Shown piece after piece: positions 29,089 through 37,372 of a stretch of 54,946 bases of DNA (its first letter is position 1; each line of letters opens with the position of its first letter). The notes below the pieces were generated by a model that was not told the DNA's origin, made no database searches, and saw only the letters and a program-made list of their open reading frames with translations. Position numbers and translations under genes: made by a program. This DNA is from a virus (Duplodnaviria > Caudoviricetes). The stretch is from the IMG/VR virus record IMGVR_UViG_3300023106_000155, positions 1 to 54,946 of that record. The stretch is one strand, 5' to 3'.

Positions 29089-29176
29089 CAAAAGTAACCA
29101 AAATAATTATATAGTAACTTTTTTAGTTATTATTTAATCAAAAGCTTGCACGTTACATTTTTGTAACGTATATTTG
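29089..29176. promoter_or_regulatory. Divergent promoters: terS (-7 TACTTTTG, boxes 29094..29110 and 29114..29130) and plus-strand operon (operator ACGTTAC-N6-GTAACGT at 29150..29169, -7 TATATTTG)
   Basis: Motifs match those at 28100..28141 and 6318..6339. Confidence 0.7.
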
Positions 29177-29208
29177 TACTCAGATAACAACAATCAAAAT
29201 AAAGAAAT

Positions 29209-29433
29209 ATGAAATCTTCAAAATTAAACCTTACAGCAAAGCAATTAAGAGTAATCACATGGATGGATGATGTGACTGGAATGGATAATAAAATTGAAGG
29301 AAATGAATTAGTAATTTTCTACAAAGGGATGCCTACTTACTGGGAACATAGAATCTCAATGGAAGATGTTGCTGAAATTCTTCATGACATTATCAATATT
29401 GAAGATGAGAATTTTTCTTTAGCAAATAACTAA
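29209..29433 (+). CDS. Small acidic hypothetical protein
   Basis: 74-aa ORF with good start context, downstream of the operator-containing promoter. Confidence 0.7.
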   Translation: MKSSKLNLTAKQLRVITWMDDVTGMDNKIEGNELVIFYKGMPTYWEHRISMEDVAEILHDIINIEDENFSLANN

Positions 29434-29506
29434 AAAACAGGGTAGCCGAAAACTGAATAGAGTAGGCAACTAGAACTGGCGGCAACAGCAATACGGCATC
29501 AAAATC

Positions 29507-29695
29507 ATGTTAGAGGAAGCGTTCAAAAACATCCAGCAGATGGTCACGTCTCGAAAAGTAGTAGAACAGATCAGATTTAACAAGCTGACCGTTACGCTCA
29601 AGCTCAAAGGCCAGCCGGCCGAAAAGTGGGGCTACGGTTCTGCGATAGACATCCTCGAGTCAATAGAATTTGCTGAAAAGCAATTAAAAAAGTAA
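29507..29695 (+). CDS. Small hypothetical protein
   Basis: 62-aa ORF followed by terminator. Confidence 0.65.
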   Translation: MLEEAFKNIQQMVTSRKVVEQIRFNKLTVTLKLKGQPAEKWGYGSAIDILESIEFAEKQLKK

Positions 29696-29697
29696 AC

Positions 29698-29723
29698 AAA
29701 AAGCCCCTCGATTGAGGGGTTTT
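29698..29723. terminator. Bidirectional terminator
   Basis: AAGCCCCTC-GATT-GAGGGGTTT flanked by A and T tracts. Confidence 0.8.
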
Positions 29724-29769
29724 ATTTATTATTCAATGTTGATTTCATTTTTATTGGTATTTTCATTTA

Positions 29770-30756
29770 CTAATGATTATAGTCCATTAAAAAACCTTGA
29801 GCATCTTCAAATATATTTTTGTAACGATAAATTATCAAACCATATACTGTAAAGCGCTCATTTCCGGAAGCGTCATGCTCTACTAAACCTAATTCATTTA
29901 ATTTCTCGAAATATGAATAATCTAATGTGCCAGATTTAGTAATAAATTTTCCCACTTCCATAAATTCTGGCCATAAGTTCTTTTTAAATATTTCTGAAGC
30001 TTTAATTAAAATTGGGGTAGGGAATTTATAGATATTATCAAAATAAATATCACTTTGAATATCAAAAAACAAACTACCAAAGTCTTCTAAATCACTTGTT
30101 GCAGAATATAATTGTTTTTCCAAAACCAATTTCTGATTAGAAAGTATATTTATTTCTTCTGTAAGATTAATGTTATCATTTAATATATCTTTACTTTTTT
30201 TGGCTTGTTTAAGGTTTTTATCATTTTCAACTTGAACTTGCTTCTGCAATTCTAAAATTTGATCATTTAATTCTAATTGGATTTTGTCTTTTTCTGATAT
30301 TTGATTTGTTTGCAAGTCATAATCTTTGGATAATTGCCTTACATTTTTTCTTTGTTCCTCATATTTTTCTGAGTATTCATCACGCTCATTAACCACTGCA
30401 ATATGATCTTCTCTTAGGACCACTTTTTTATCTATTACCTTTTCCGTGATTGATGGCATTAATCCAAATTCAATCCACAACGACAGCGATCTTGTGCCAA
30501 TAACTATTCCATATCCTACTATTGTGAAAATCGTTGCAATCAATATATCACAAATTAAAGAACATATACTAAACTCCTTATTGGCAATGTAAACAAGATA
30601 ATTAAGCTTTTGCTCTAGATTAACACCTTTGTCGAAGTTAAATAGTGCATACCAAAATTGCCAATGATGAAATATTAAAATAAATATCAGAGTTCCAAAA
30701 AAGGGATTTGAAAGCTTATCTTTTACATTCTGAAAAAATGATGATACGAAATCCAT
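29770..30756 (-). CDS. AT-rich moron: two N-terminal TM helices, long coiled coil, possible C-terminal winged helix
   Basis: Hydropathy and heptad pattern; isolated transcription unit. Confidence 0.75.
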   Translation of the reverse strand: MDFVSSFFQNVKDKLSNPFFGTLIFILIFHHWQFWYALFNFDKGVNLEQKLNYLVYIANKEFSICSLICDILIATIFTIVGYGIVIGTRSLSLWIEFGLMPSITEKVIDKKVVLREDHIAVVNERDEYSEKYEEQRKNVRQLSKDYDLQTNQISEKDKIQLELNDQILELQKQVQVENDKNLKQAKKSKDILNDNINLTEEINILSNQKLVLEKQLYSATSDLEDFGSLFFDIQSDIYFDNIYKFPTPILIKASEIFKKNLWPEFMEVGKFITKSGTLDYSYFEKLNELGLVEHDASGNERFTVYGLIIYRYKNIFEDAQGFLMDYNH

Positions 30757-31033
30757 ATTCAAAGTAATTTGTACAAATATGAAAAAGATAATCTAGAAAT
30801 TAAGTATTTGAATCATTATTTTGCAATTTCGATTATTAGATACTGTTAATCTTTATTTGGTATATCTTTCATTTTTGCTTGTGAAGTGTTGATAATAGAG
30901 TAAATGAAATATGCAAATCAATTAATGTAAACACAGCATATTAATAAAAAATTAACCGATTTTGCAGTGTTAAATGTAAACATTAAATTTGTAGAACTAT
31001 ATAATACAAATACTTATCAACATTCAAAAATAA

Positions 31034-31126
31034 GTGAAAATCAAAAAAAAGATCAAAATGATAATTATCTTATTACTTTTTGATACTTCTTTTTTACTAC
31101 TGCAATATCAAGTCAAAGTCTGTTGA
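31034..31126 (+). CDS. Possible 30-aa hydrophobic peptide MKIKKKIKMIIILLLFDTSFLLLQYQVKVC
   Basis: Manual translation from GTG; TAAATTTG -7 element about 45 bp upstream. Confidence 0.3.
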   Translation: MKIKKKIKMIIILLLFDTSFLLLQYQVKVC

Positions 31127-31198
31127 TAAGTCTGTTTTGATTTAGAAATTAATAGGTTTACTTTTGGAATGTATTACGACTGACTGTAATACAAAATC

Positions 31199-31412
31199 AA
31201 AAAAACCGAAGCGCTAACTTCGGTTCTTGAAAAAGTCAGAAACTTTGTCTAACTCAATTTTCACGTCGAATGAAAATATTTTATATGCTATATTGTGCAT
31301 TAGCATTGCACCTTTTTACTTTGTTCCTCCGGGAAGTAAGGAAATTTATCCATGAGATAAAAAACTAATCCCTTAAAATAGGCCTATTTACTTTCAGTTT
31401 GTAGGTCTATTT
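31199..31412 (-). ncRNA. Candidate structured sRNA (hairpin chain)
   Basis: TATATTTG -7 at 31418..31425, about 6 consecutive stems, terminator AACCGAAG/CTTCGGTT with T tract; only a 17-codon ORF seen. Confidence 0.5.
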
Positions 31413-31515
31413 ATTTACAAATATACACACTTAATAATAAAAATTATACTATAGTCGAATATTTTTATCATTCAAAATTGGTAATTTCCATATTCTAAAA
31501 TGGCAAATAACATAT

Positions 31516-31755
31516 TTATGGATTATTTTCTACTTCAATAAGTTTCAATAAAGGCGTTGGATATGGAACATTTAAACCATCGAAAAAAGGAATATTATTT
31601 TGACAAAGCTGATATTTAAAAACTTCCACTTGATCTCTTAGATTACTTATTTCATCATCTTGATATTGATAGTTGTTTTGTGATATTTGTAAGCAATCAG
31701 ATTCATTGAAACAATCTAATCCTAATTTGCCACCACATGCTCTACAATTTGCCAT
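31516..31755 (-). CDS. Small Cys-rich (zinc-finger-like) protein
   Basis: CRACGG..DC....DC. Confidence 0.65.
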   Translation of the reverse strand: MANCRACGGKLGLDCFNESDCLQISQNNYQYQDDEISNLRDQVEVFKYQLCQNNIPFFDGLNVPYPTPLLKLIEVENNP

Positions 31756-31765
31756 AACTATTGCT

Positions 31766-32158
31766 TTAAAGGTTTACTTTTGATTTGTCTATTGCCAAAC
31801 CTCTCGGAATTAATCCGTGTACGTCGAAATGCCATTCGTAAAGCTTTTCAATTACCCAAAAAGGCAAAAACTTTGTACTTCTTATGTAAAAATCGATTGA
31901 ATAATAACTTACGCTTTCGGCTAAACTATCTATTTCTTCAATCGGAATTATCTCTTTTCCATTATGATTAATTGGCTGAGTAAGCATTGATAGAGGATAT
32001 AGCAACGGTTTAATATCTTCTAAATTAAAACGATTTAAAACCCATATTGTCATTTTTTTTTCTTCATAATGACCATACATATAAGGTCTTTTGATCGGTA
32101 AAATATCTAAGTAAAAAGGTAAATACCCCGCTATTTCTTTAAGTGTGATTGATTCCAT
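31766..32158 (-). CDS. Conserved phage hypothetical protein
   Basis: YLPF, KPLLYPLS, WHFDVHGLI..GLAID motifs I recognise from Bacteroidota phage proteins. Confidence 0.7.
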   Translation of the reverse strand: MESITLKEIAGYLPFYLDILPIKRPYMYGHYEEKKMTIWVLNRFNLEDIKPLLYPLSMLTQPINHNGKEIIPIEEIDSLAESVSYYSIDFYIRSTKFLPFWVIEKLYEWHFDVHGLIPRGLAIDKSKVNL

Positions 32159-32160
32159 AT

Positions 32161-32814
32161 TTATAAATTTTTAAGTGTTAATTTGTTAATCAATTCCCTT
32201 TCGTACACGTAATAAGTTTTAATAAAAAGTTTTTTTACATCGAGCTTATCTTTGTGAAGAAACTTGCCATCTTTTATTTTGGTAACGCGTCCTGATTCAT
32301 CCACATATAAAAGCCCAGCATATTCAGGAACCTCTTCTTTAGATATTAATCCAACTGGAACCGCGTAAAAGAATTTATTAGGAATCATTGTGTTTTCAGT
32401 CGATTTAATCTCAATTTCTGATGATATGTGGATATGAAAATTAACTTCGCTTCCATCATTGTGATAATTGTGCCTTTCTCTCGAAATGATCAGTTCTGGA
32501 TAATCCCTGCAAAGGTCCCAACTTGGATTATAAATCAGATTATCCCTTATTTTTTTGATAAATAATCCTGTCTTGATTTCATTGCCTTTGTGGATGCTAT
32601 GCTTTTCTTTTTTGAAATCCGCTTTGAAATCTGATCTGCTTATTTTTATTTCGACTTCATAGCAGAATCCGGATGCAAGAAAACTAAGCCAGTCACTCTC
32701 ATTGTTGAAATAATATGCATTTGTGAATTTGTAAGGATGAGAGTGAAACGCCCTAAAAAGGGCGCTTTGTATTTTTTTTTCTGTCAGCATTTTATCTATA
32801 GTTTTAAATTCCAC
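32161..32814 (-). CDS. PD-(D/E)XK nuclease-fold protein (MmcB-like)
   Basis: ESD..EVEIKISRSDFKAD, PNKFFYAVP, PEYAGLL. Confidence 0.75.
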   Translation of the reverse strand: MEFKTIDKMLTEKKIQSALFRAFHSHPYKFTNAYYFNNESDWLSFLASGFCYEVEIKISRSDFKADFKKEKHSIHKGNEIKTGLFIKKIRDNLIYNPSWDLCRDYPELIISRERHNYHNDGSEVNFHIHISSEIEIKSTENTMIPNKFFYAVPVGLISKEEVPEYAGLLYVDESGRVTKIKDGKFLHKDKLDVKKLFIKTYYVYERELINKLTLKNL

Positions 32815-32822
32815 AATCTTGA

Positions 32823-33137
32823 TTAAATATCTTCAAGTTTATAATATTCAATTATTTTCCAGTGATTTGATTTCTTTCCATCAACCTCTATAATTTCATT
32901 TCTTTCTACTTTAATACCTTTAGAATCTGGTTGATCTTCATCTTTAAACCATTCATACCAAACTCCGATTTTTACTTTAATTTCATCAGGTTTCCTTTTA
33001 GTTCCTATTTGCTTAGTATCATCATAAGTTCTATGAAAACGCTTTAGCTTTTTTTCATACTCCAAATCAATTGTTTCATTAAGCAACTGAACTATTTTCG
33101 ATTTGTTCCTGTCGATTTTGTTTTGAATTCTATTCAC
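32823..33137 (-). CDS. Hypothetical protein with RpoB-hairpin-like segment
   Basis: WYEWFKDEDQ....KVERNEII. Confidence 0.65.
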   Translation of the reverse strand: MNRIQNKIDRNKSKIVQLLNETIDLEYEKKLKRFHRTYDDTKQIGTKRKPDEIKVKIGVWYEWFKDEDQPDSKGIKVERNEIIEVDGKKSNHWKIIEYYKLEDI

Positions 33138-33415
33138 TACGCTGAGGTATTAAGATTTTCATTTGAAAGTGATGCAACAAACTTTTTAGCTATCCAATCT
33201 TTGATTTGGTCGATTTTTTCTTTATCTAGAAGTATCATCTGAATTTTGGTAGTTGATTGTCCTGGTATAATGTTTCCAGATTCTTTAAGCTCTTTAGCAA
33301 ATTTTTCTTCAGTCATTTTAATGATGTCGTTTGAAACATCATTCGAGCATTCAATCATAAAGATTGCTTTTGATTCGGTTTTGCTTTCTTCTAATTTTAT
33401 ATTAAGTGTTGCCAT
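33137..33415 (-). CDS. Hypothetical protein
   Basis: 92-aa ORF in operon. Confidence 0.65.
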   Translation of the reverse strand: MATLNIKLEESKTESKAIFMIECSNDVSNDIIKMTEEKFAKELKESGNIIPGQSTTKIQMILLDKEKIDQIKDWIAKKFVASLSNENLNTSA

Positions 33416-33432
33416 TTTTGTATTTTAATTAT

Positions 33433-34629
33433 TTAATAAAAAAGCCTTTGCATGGTGGAGCCGTCACTGTATATAATATCATGCGCTTCCGATGCATTCG
33501 GCTGTGAGCCATCCCATCCGTTTGGAAAAGTTTTGAGAGAAATCAATTCTCGGATTCTCGCAATTTCCTTCTGATTTAATATGTCAATTTCTGGCATGTT
33601 GCATTTTTGCGCTTCCAGATTTACTGCATCTTGGATTTTTAAAATATCTTCAAGAAATTTAAGTCTTGCCTCCAGCGTTAGCGGTCCCATTCTTTGCTGG
33701 TTTTTTTGAAGGGATCCGTCTTTTTTCTTTTGGCCTCCAGGCTGTCGATGTCTGTATTGAGCTTTGCGCATTTCTCGGTAAATAACTTTCAATCCTTTCA
33801 ATGGAGTTAGATATTTCCATTTTGGATTTTTTACAAGAGAATCTAAGGAAGTATCTTTATTGACCAATGGGCATCCAAGACATCCGGTCCGAGCATTATT
33901 TTACTCAGCTTCATCACCTCCATAAGCATCTGCAAGAAGTGCCGTGTTCCAACCTCCGTATTTTTGCATTGGAGCAAATACCTTAAGCCAATCCCAGACA
34001 TTGCAAACTCTCCAGTGTAGGATTGGCGCCAATGTCGAGCAAAGCGCGCCTTGCAATCCAGTTTGATACCATCCCTGTCCGCATTCTCCACCATCTTTAG
34101 AACAGCTGACATTTATTTTTTGATCGCGGATCGCACTCTCTCCCAATCGAACGCCGGTGAGCATTAGAACTTTTTCATTAATTCCTTTCAGATATTCCTC
34201 CAGCGCTACTTCCATCGGTTGGATTTTAATTTTATAAGTACACCATCGAAACTTATTTGATGGTGGCGGAACGCCTCTCCCCAGAATGTAAACCAAGAAC
34301 CGGTCATCGACTGGCGCCATAACAATTTTTACTTTAACTCCTCGCTCTTCAAGTTGCTTTTTGATCACCTGCGAGGAAAGCCAAAGCGGGATAAGTTCCA
34401 GACGTGTATCTGATGCAATAATTGTAAAGCTTTCTGGCGCTGGAATCTGGCCGGTTGCAATAAGTTGAGTTACTAATGTTACGACCGTCGTGCTATCTTT
34501 TCCCCAACTCCATGCGGCAGCCCAATGCTTATGTCGAGATCCGTATTCCTTCAAACTGGCAATTGTCAGCTCAATACTGTCAGCTACATTGATTGGTTCG
34601 GTTCCGAAGATATTTAGCTGGTTTTTCAT
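33433..34629 (-). pseudogene. PAPS-reductase/DndC-like gene (399 codons) interrupted by an in-frame TAA at 33901..33903
   Basis: SWGKDS, RWCT, GVR..ES..R motifs, then GGDEAE-TAA-NNARTGCLGCP in the same frame. Confidence 0.85.
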
Positions 34630-35411
34630 TATTTTGTTTTTGGAAATTGTCTGATTTTTAAATGTTCTGGAAATTCTTCGATGTTACCACCGTGCCGGTC
34701 TTTAAGTCCCATCTCTTTTGCTAGATGTGTTCCTAACTGTTTAACAAAAACTGGGATTCTTTCTAACTCGCAGTCTTTAATAACTTTTTCAATCCAAGAC
34801 AGCTGACATGGCCTGTATTTATATTTCCCATTTTCATTTCCACTTTCGCCTCCTACAATTACCCAATCATAAGCTGGAAGAATGAATAAGCTATCTTGTA
34901 ATTCTTCAAAATATTTTTTTGCAGCTTTCAGATTTACCTCTCCGTGAAGTGGTTCCAGTGAGAGAAATCGAACTTTAGTTTCAACATCACACAAATCGAT
35001 AGCTCTTTGCATTCCAGCATCACTTCCGACAGATGTTCCCAACCAGACGTTGTCCCACCCATCACCCCAATCAGATGGCAAGTGATCATTTATTCTTTCT
35101 GGTCTTTTGGTCAATATCTGGAAAGTATGCTGTGGGCACTTTCTGATAATATCCCACATCTCATCTCGGAAAGAATCTATTTCTTCGTGGAAAACATCTG
35201 TGAGAGATGAGGTAAAAATTTTCGAAGGTTCCTTCAATTTTAAAGGAAGATTGAAAACTGATTTTGTTCGAATGATTTGGCGGGCATCAAACTTAAATCG
35301 ATTCGCATCTCGATACATGTAGCAAAACTTGCAATCTGCATCTACTTTGCTGCAACCTCTGGCTATATTCCAAGTTGCATCTGTCCATTGTATTTTACTC
35401 GTTTCAGCCAT
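34629..35411 (-). CDS. Phage Gp37/Gp68 (DUF5131) radical-SAM-like protein
   Basis: IQWTDATWN, Cx6CxxC, LTKRPER, SLEPL, WVIVGGESG, FVKQLG. Confidence 0.9.
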   Translation of the reverse strand: MAETSKIQWTDATWNIARGCSKVDADCKFCYMYRDANRFKFDARQIIRTKSVFNLPLKLKEPSKIFTSSLTDVFHEEIDSFRDEMWDIIRKCPQHTFQILTKRPERINDHLPSDWGDGWDNVWLGTSVGSDAGMQRAIDLCDVETKVRFLSLEPLHGEVNLKAAKKYFEELQDSLFILPAYDWVIVGGESGNENGKYKYRPCQLSWIEKVIKDCELERIPVFVKQLGTHLAKEMGLKDRHGGNIEEFPEHLKIRQFPKTK

Positions 35412-36010
35412 TATTTATAAATTAAATTGATAAACTCAACAGGTGTAATACTTCGAGAATCTGCCATGTTTCGTATAACCATTGCCCTGTTTTTGTCCAG
35501 AGTCAATCCTGTTTTATTTTCTATTTCAACATAAAACCCGTTCTTTTTAGCTTTAGATAGTGATATCTTATCAACTTCCATTGTGCCTTCGATGCATTCC
35601 CAACATGAAAAGTCCATATGATCAGTATGTGAAATTAAATTGCTGTTATAAAAGGTTTCCACTTCAGCAAAATTCAACCATGCTACAAATGATAGATCAT
35701 CATTTTCGTTATCCCAATCATAACCGCTGATAATTGGTTTTGACACTTCGAAAGGCTTGAAAAAATCAATTACAGCTTTTGAACATAAATAATACTCGCA
35801 CGGTAATTCAACTGTTTCGTATTTTTCATGAGATAGAAATTTTTTAAGTTTTTCTAGTGCCTCAATGATTGTTTTACCGTTTTGCGTTAACTCAATTTTC
35901 ATCGCTGGATTATCTTCCGCCCAATATTTTGTTGTTGCTTGCGCACCTAATCTTTCGGTTCTGTTTTCCGCAATAGTTTTCACTATTGGCTGGTAATAAA
36001 ATATTTTCAT
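35411..36010 (-). CDS. Hypothetical protein
   Basis: 199-aa ORF coupled to next gene. Confidence 0.7.
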   Translation of the reverse strand: MKIFYYQPIVKTIAENRTERLGAQATTKYWAEDNPAMKIELTQNGKTIIEALEKLKKFLSHEKYETVELPCEYYLCSKAVIDFFKPFEVSKPIISGYDWDNENDDLSFVAWLNFAEVETFYNSNLISHTDHMDFSCWECIEGTMEVDKISLSKAKKNGFYVEIENKTGLTLDKNRAMVIRNMADSRSITPVEFINLIYK

Positions 36011-36016
36011 GTTTTT

Positions 36017-36244
36017 TTAATTTTTGGTTTCCTTTTCAAAAAGTTCTTTTACAATATTGATATTCCAGAATGTTTCACCGCATGACTTTGACCATTCAGC
36101 AAAACCTATATTTCTGCATATGGCTATTCCATCATTGATTAATTTTCTGTTTTCTTTTCTTGTAACAAAAGTCTTCCTAAGTGACGGAAGACTTTTGTAT
36201 GCTTTTGTTGCCTGAATTTGTTCTGGCGTTAAGTATGAATTCAT
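36017..36244 (-). CDS. Hypothetical protein
   Basis: 75-aa ORF in operon. Confidence 0.65.
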   Translation of the reverse strand: MNSYLTPEQIQATKAYKSLPSLRKTFVTRKENRKLINDGIAICRNIGFAEWSKSCGETFWNINIVKELFEKETKN

Positions 36245-36251
36245 AATAATA

Positions 36252-37370
36252 TTATTTAAGAACTACAGGCATGCAAAGCATAGTGATAAACTCGCCTTCA
36301 TCATTTCTATCAGTCGGCGAAAGAATTCCAGCTCTATTTGGAAAAGACATTTCCAGCTGGACTTCTTCACTTTGCAAGTTTCCAAGCATTTCAATAAGAA
36401 ATCTAGAATTGAATCCTATCTTCATTTCTTCACCAGAATAACTGCAAGAAATGCGCTCATCAGCTTTATTTGAGTAATCGACATCTTCTGCAAAAATGTT
36501 AAGTTCATTTCCTCCAAGACTCAATGCTACTTGATGAGTGGTTTTATTAGAAAACAAAGCGACACATTTAACCGAATTCAAAAACTGAATTCTATTGATC
36601 GTTAATACATTTGGATTTTCTTTTGGAATTACCGCTTCATAGTTCGGATACTTTGCATCGATTAACCTGCAGGTTAATACAAATTTCTCAAGCTTAAATG
36701 TTGCATTTGAATTATTGTATTCAATCAAAATTTCTTCATCAGAATTTCCCAGAATGCTTTTTAAAATTCCAAGCGGTTTTTTGGGCATGACGAATTCTGA
36801 AACCTGAGAAGCTTTAATATCTTCTCTCACATACTTCACGAGCTTGTGTGCATCGGTTGCAACAAAAATCAAACGATCTGGAGAGAAGTGAAAGTAGACT
36901 CCGGCCATCATCGGGCGCAAATCATCATTTCCAGTTGCGAAAAGTGTTTTGCTGATTGCTGTAACTAATACATTTGCAGGAATAAGTGCCTTTTTAGGAT
37001 TTTCAAGTACAATGCTTTTTGGGAATTCGTCAGCATTGGCATACGCCAATGCATATTTTCCAGAACTGGAACTCATTTCAATTGTATTGCTTGAACTTTG
37101 GATTGTGAAAGTCAAAGGCTGTTCCGGCAATGTTTTTAAAATTTCAATAATGATTCTGGCATTGATTGCAACTCCGGTTTGAATCTCGGAATCAATTTCG
37201 AGTTCGGTTATCATTGTTGTTTCCAAATCCGAAGCTGTTAGCTTCAAAGATTTTCCGTTAACTTCAAAAAGGAAGTTTTCAAGGATTGGAAGTGTGCTTT
37301 TGGAGTTGATAACTCCACTTAGCAATAATAATTTTTCAAGTAATGTTTTACTGTTTAAGATGAATTTCAT
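36252..37370 (-). CDS. dnaN: DNA polymerase III beta sliding clamp (372 aa from ATG 37370)
   Basis: TLPILENFLF, ASDLE, VATDAHKL, YPNYEAVIP, IGFNSRFL, MLCMPV. Confidence 0.96.
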   Translation of the reverse strand: MKFILNSKTLLEKLLLLSGVINSKSTLPILENFLFEVNGKSLKLTASDLETTMITELEIDSEIQTGVAINARIIIEILKTLPEQPLTFTIQSSSNTIEMSSSSGKYALAYANADEFPKSIVLENPKKALIPANVLVTAISKTLFATGNDDLRPMMAGVYFHFSPDRLIFVATDAHKLVKYVREDIKASQVSEFVMPKKPLGILKSILGNSDEEILIEYNNSNATFKLEKFVLTCRLIDAKYPNYEAVIPKENPNVLTINRIQFLNSVKCVALFSNKTTHQVALSLGGNELNIFAEDVDYSNKADERISCSYSGEEMKIGFNSRFLIEMLGNLQSEEVQLEMSFPNRAGILSPTDRNDEGEFITMLCMPVVLK

Positions 37371-37372
37371 AA

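Noticed and set aside
30780-31200. CRISPR-like or other repeat array in the long intergenic region
   Set aside because: Only short pairs (AATGTAAACA twice, AAGTCTGTT twice); no regular repeat-spacer periodicity and no cas genes
33843-34112. 89-aa ORF suggesting a frameshift in the PAPS reductase gene
   Set aside because: The two real halves are already in the same frame separated by one TAA; this ORF is an off-frame shadow
33433-35411. Complete Dnd/Ssp phosphorothioation system
   Set aside because: Only a DndC-like gene is present; no cysteine desulfurase, DndD/E or restriction partners
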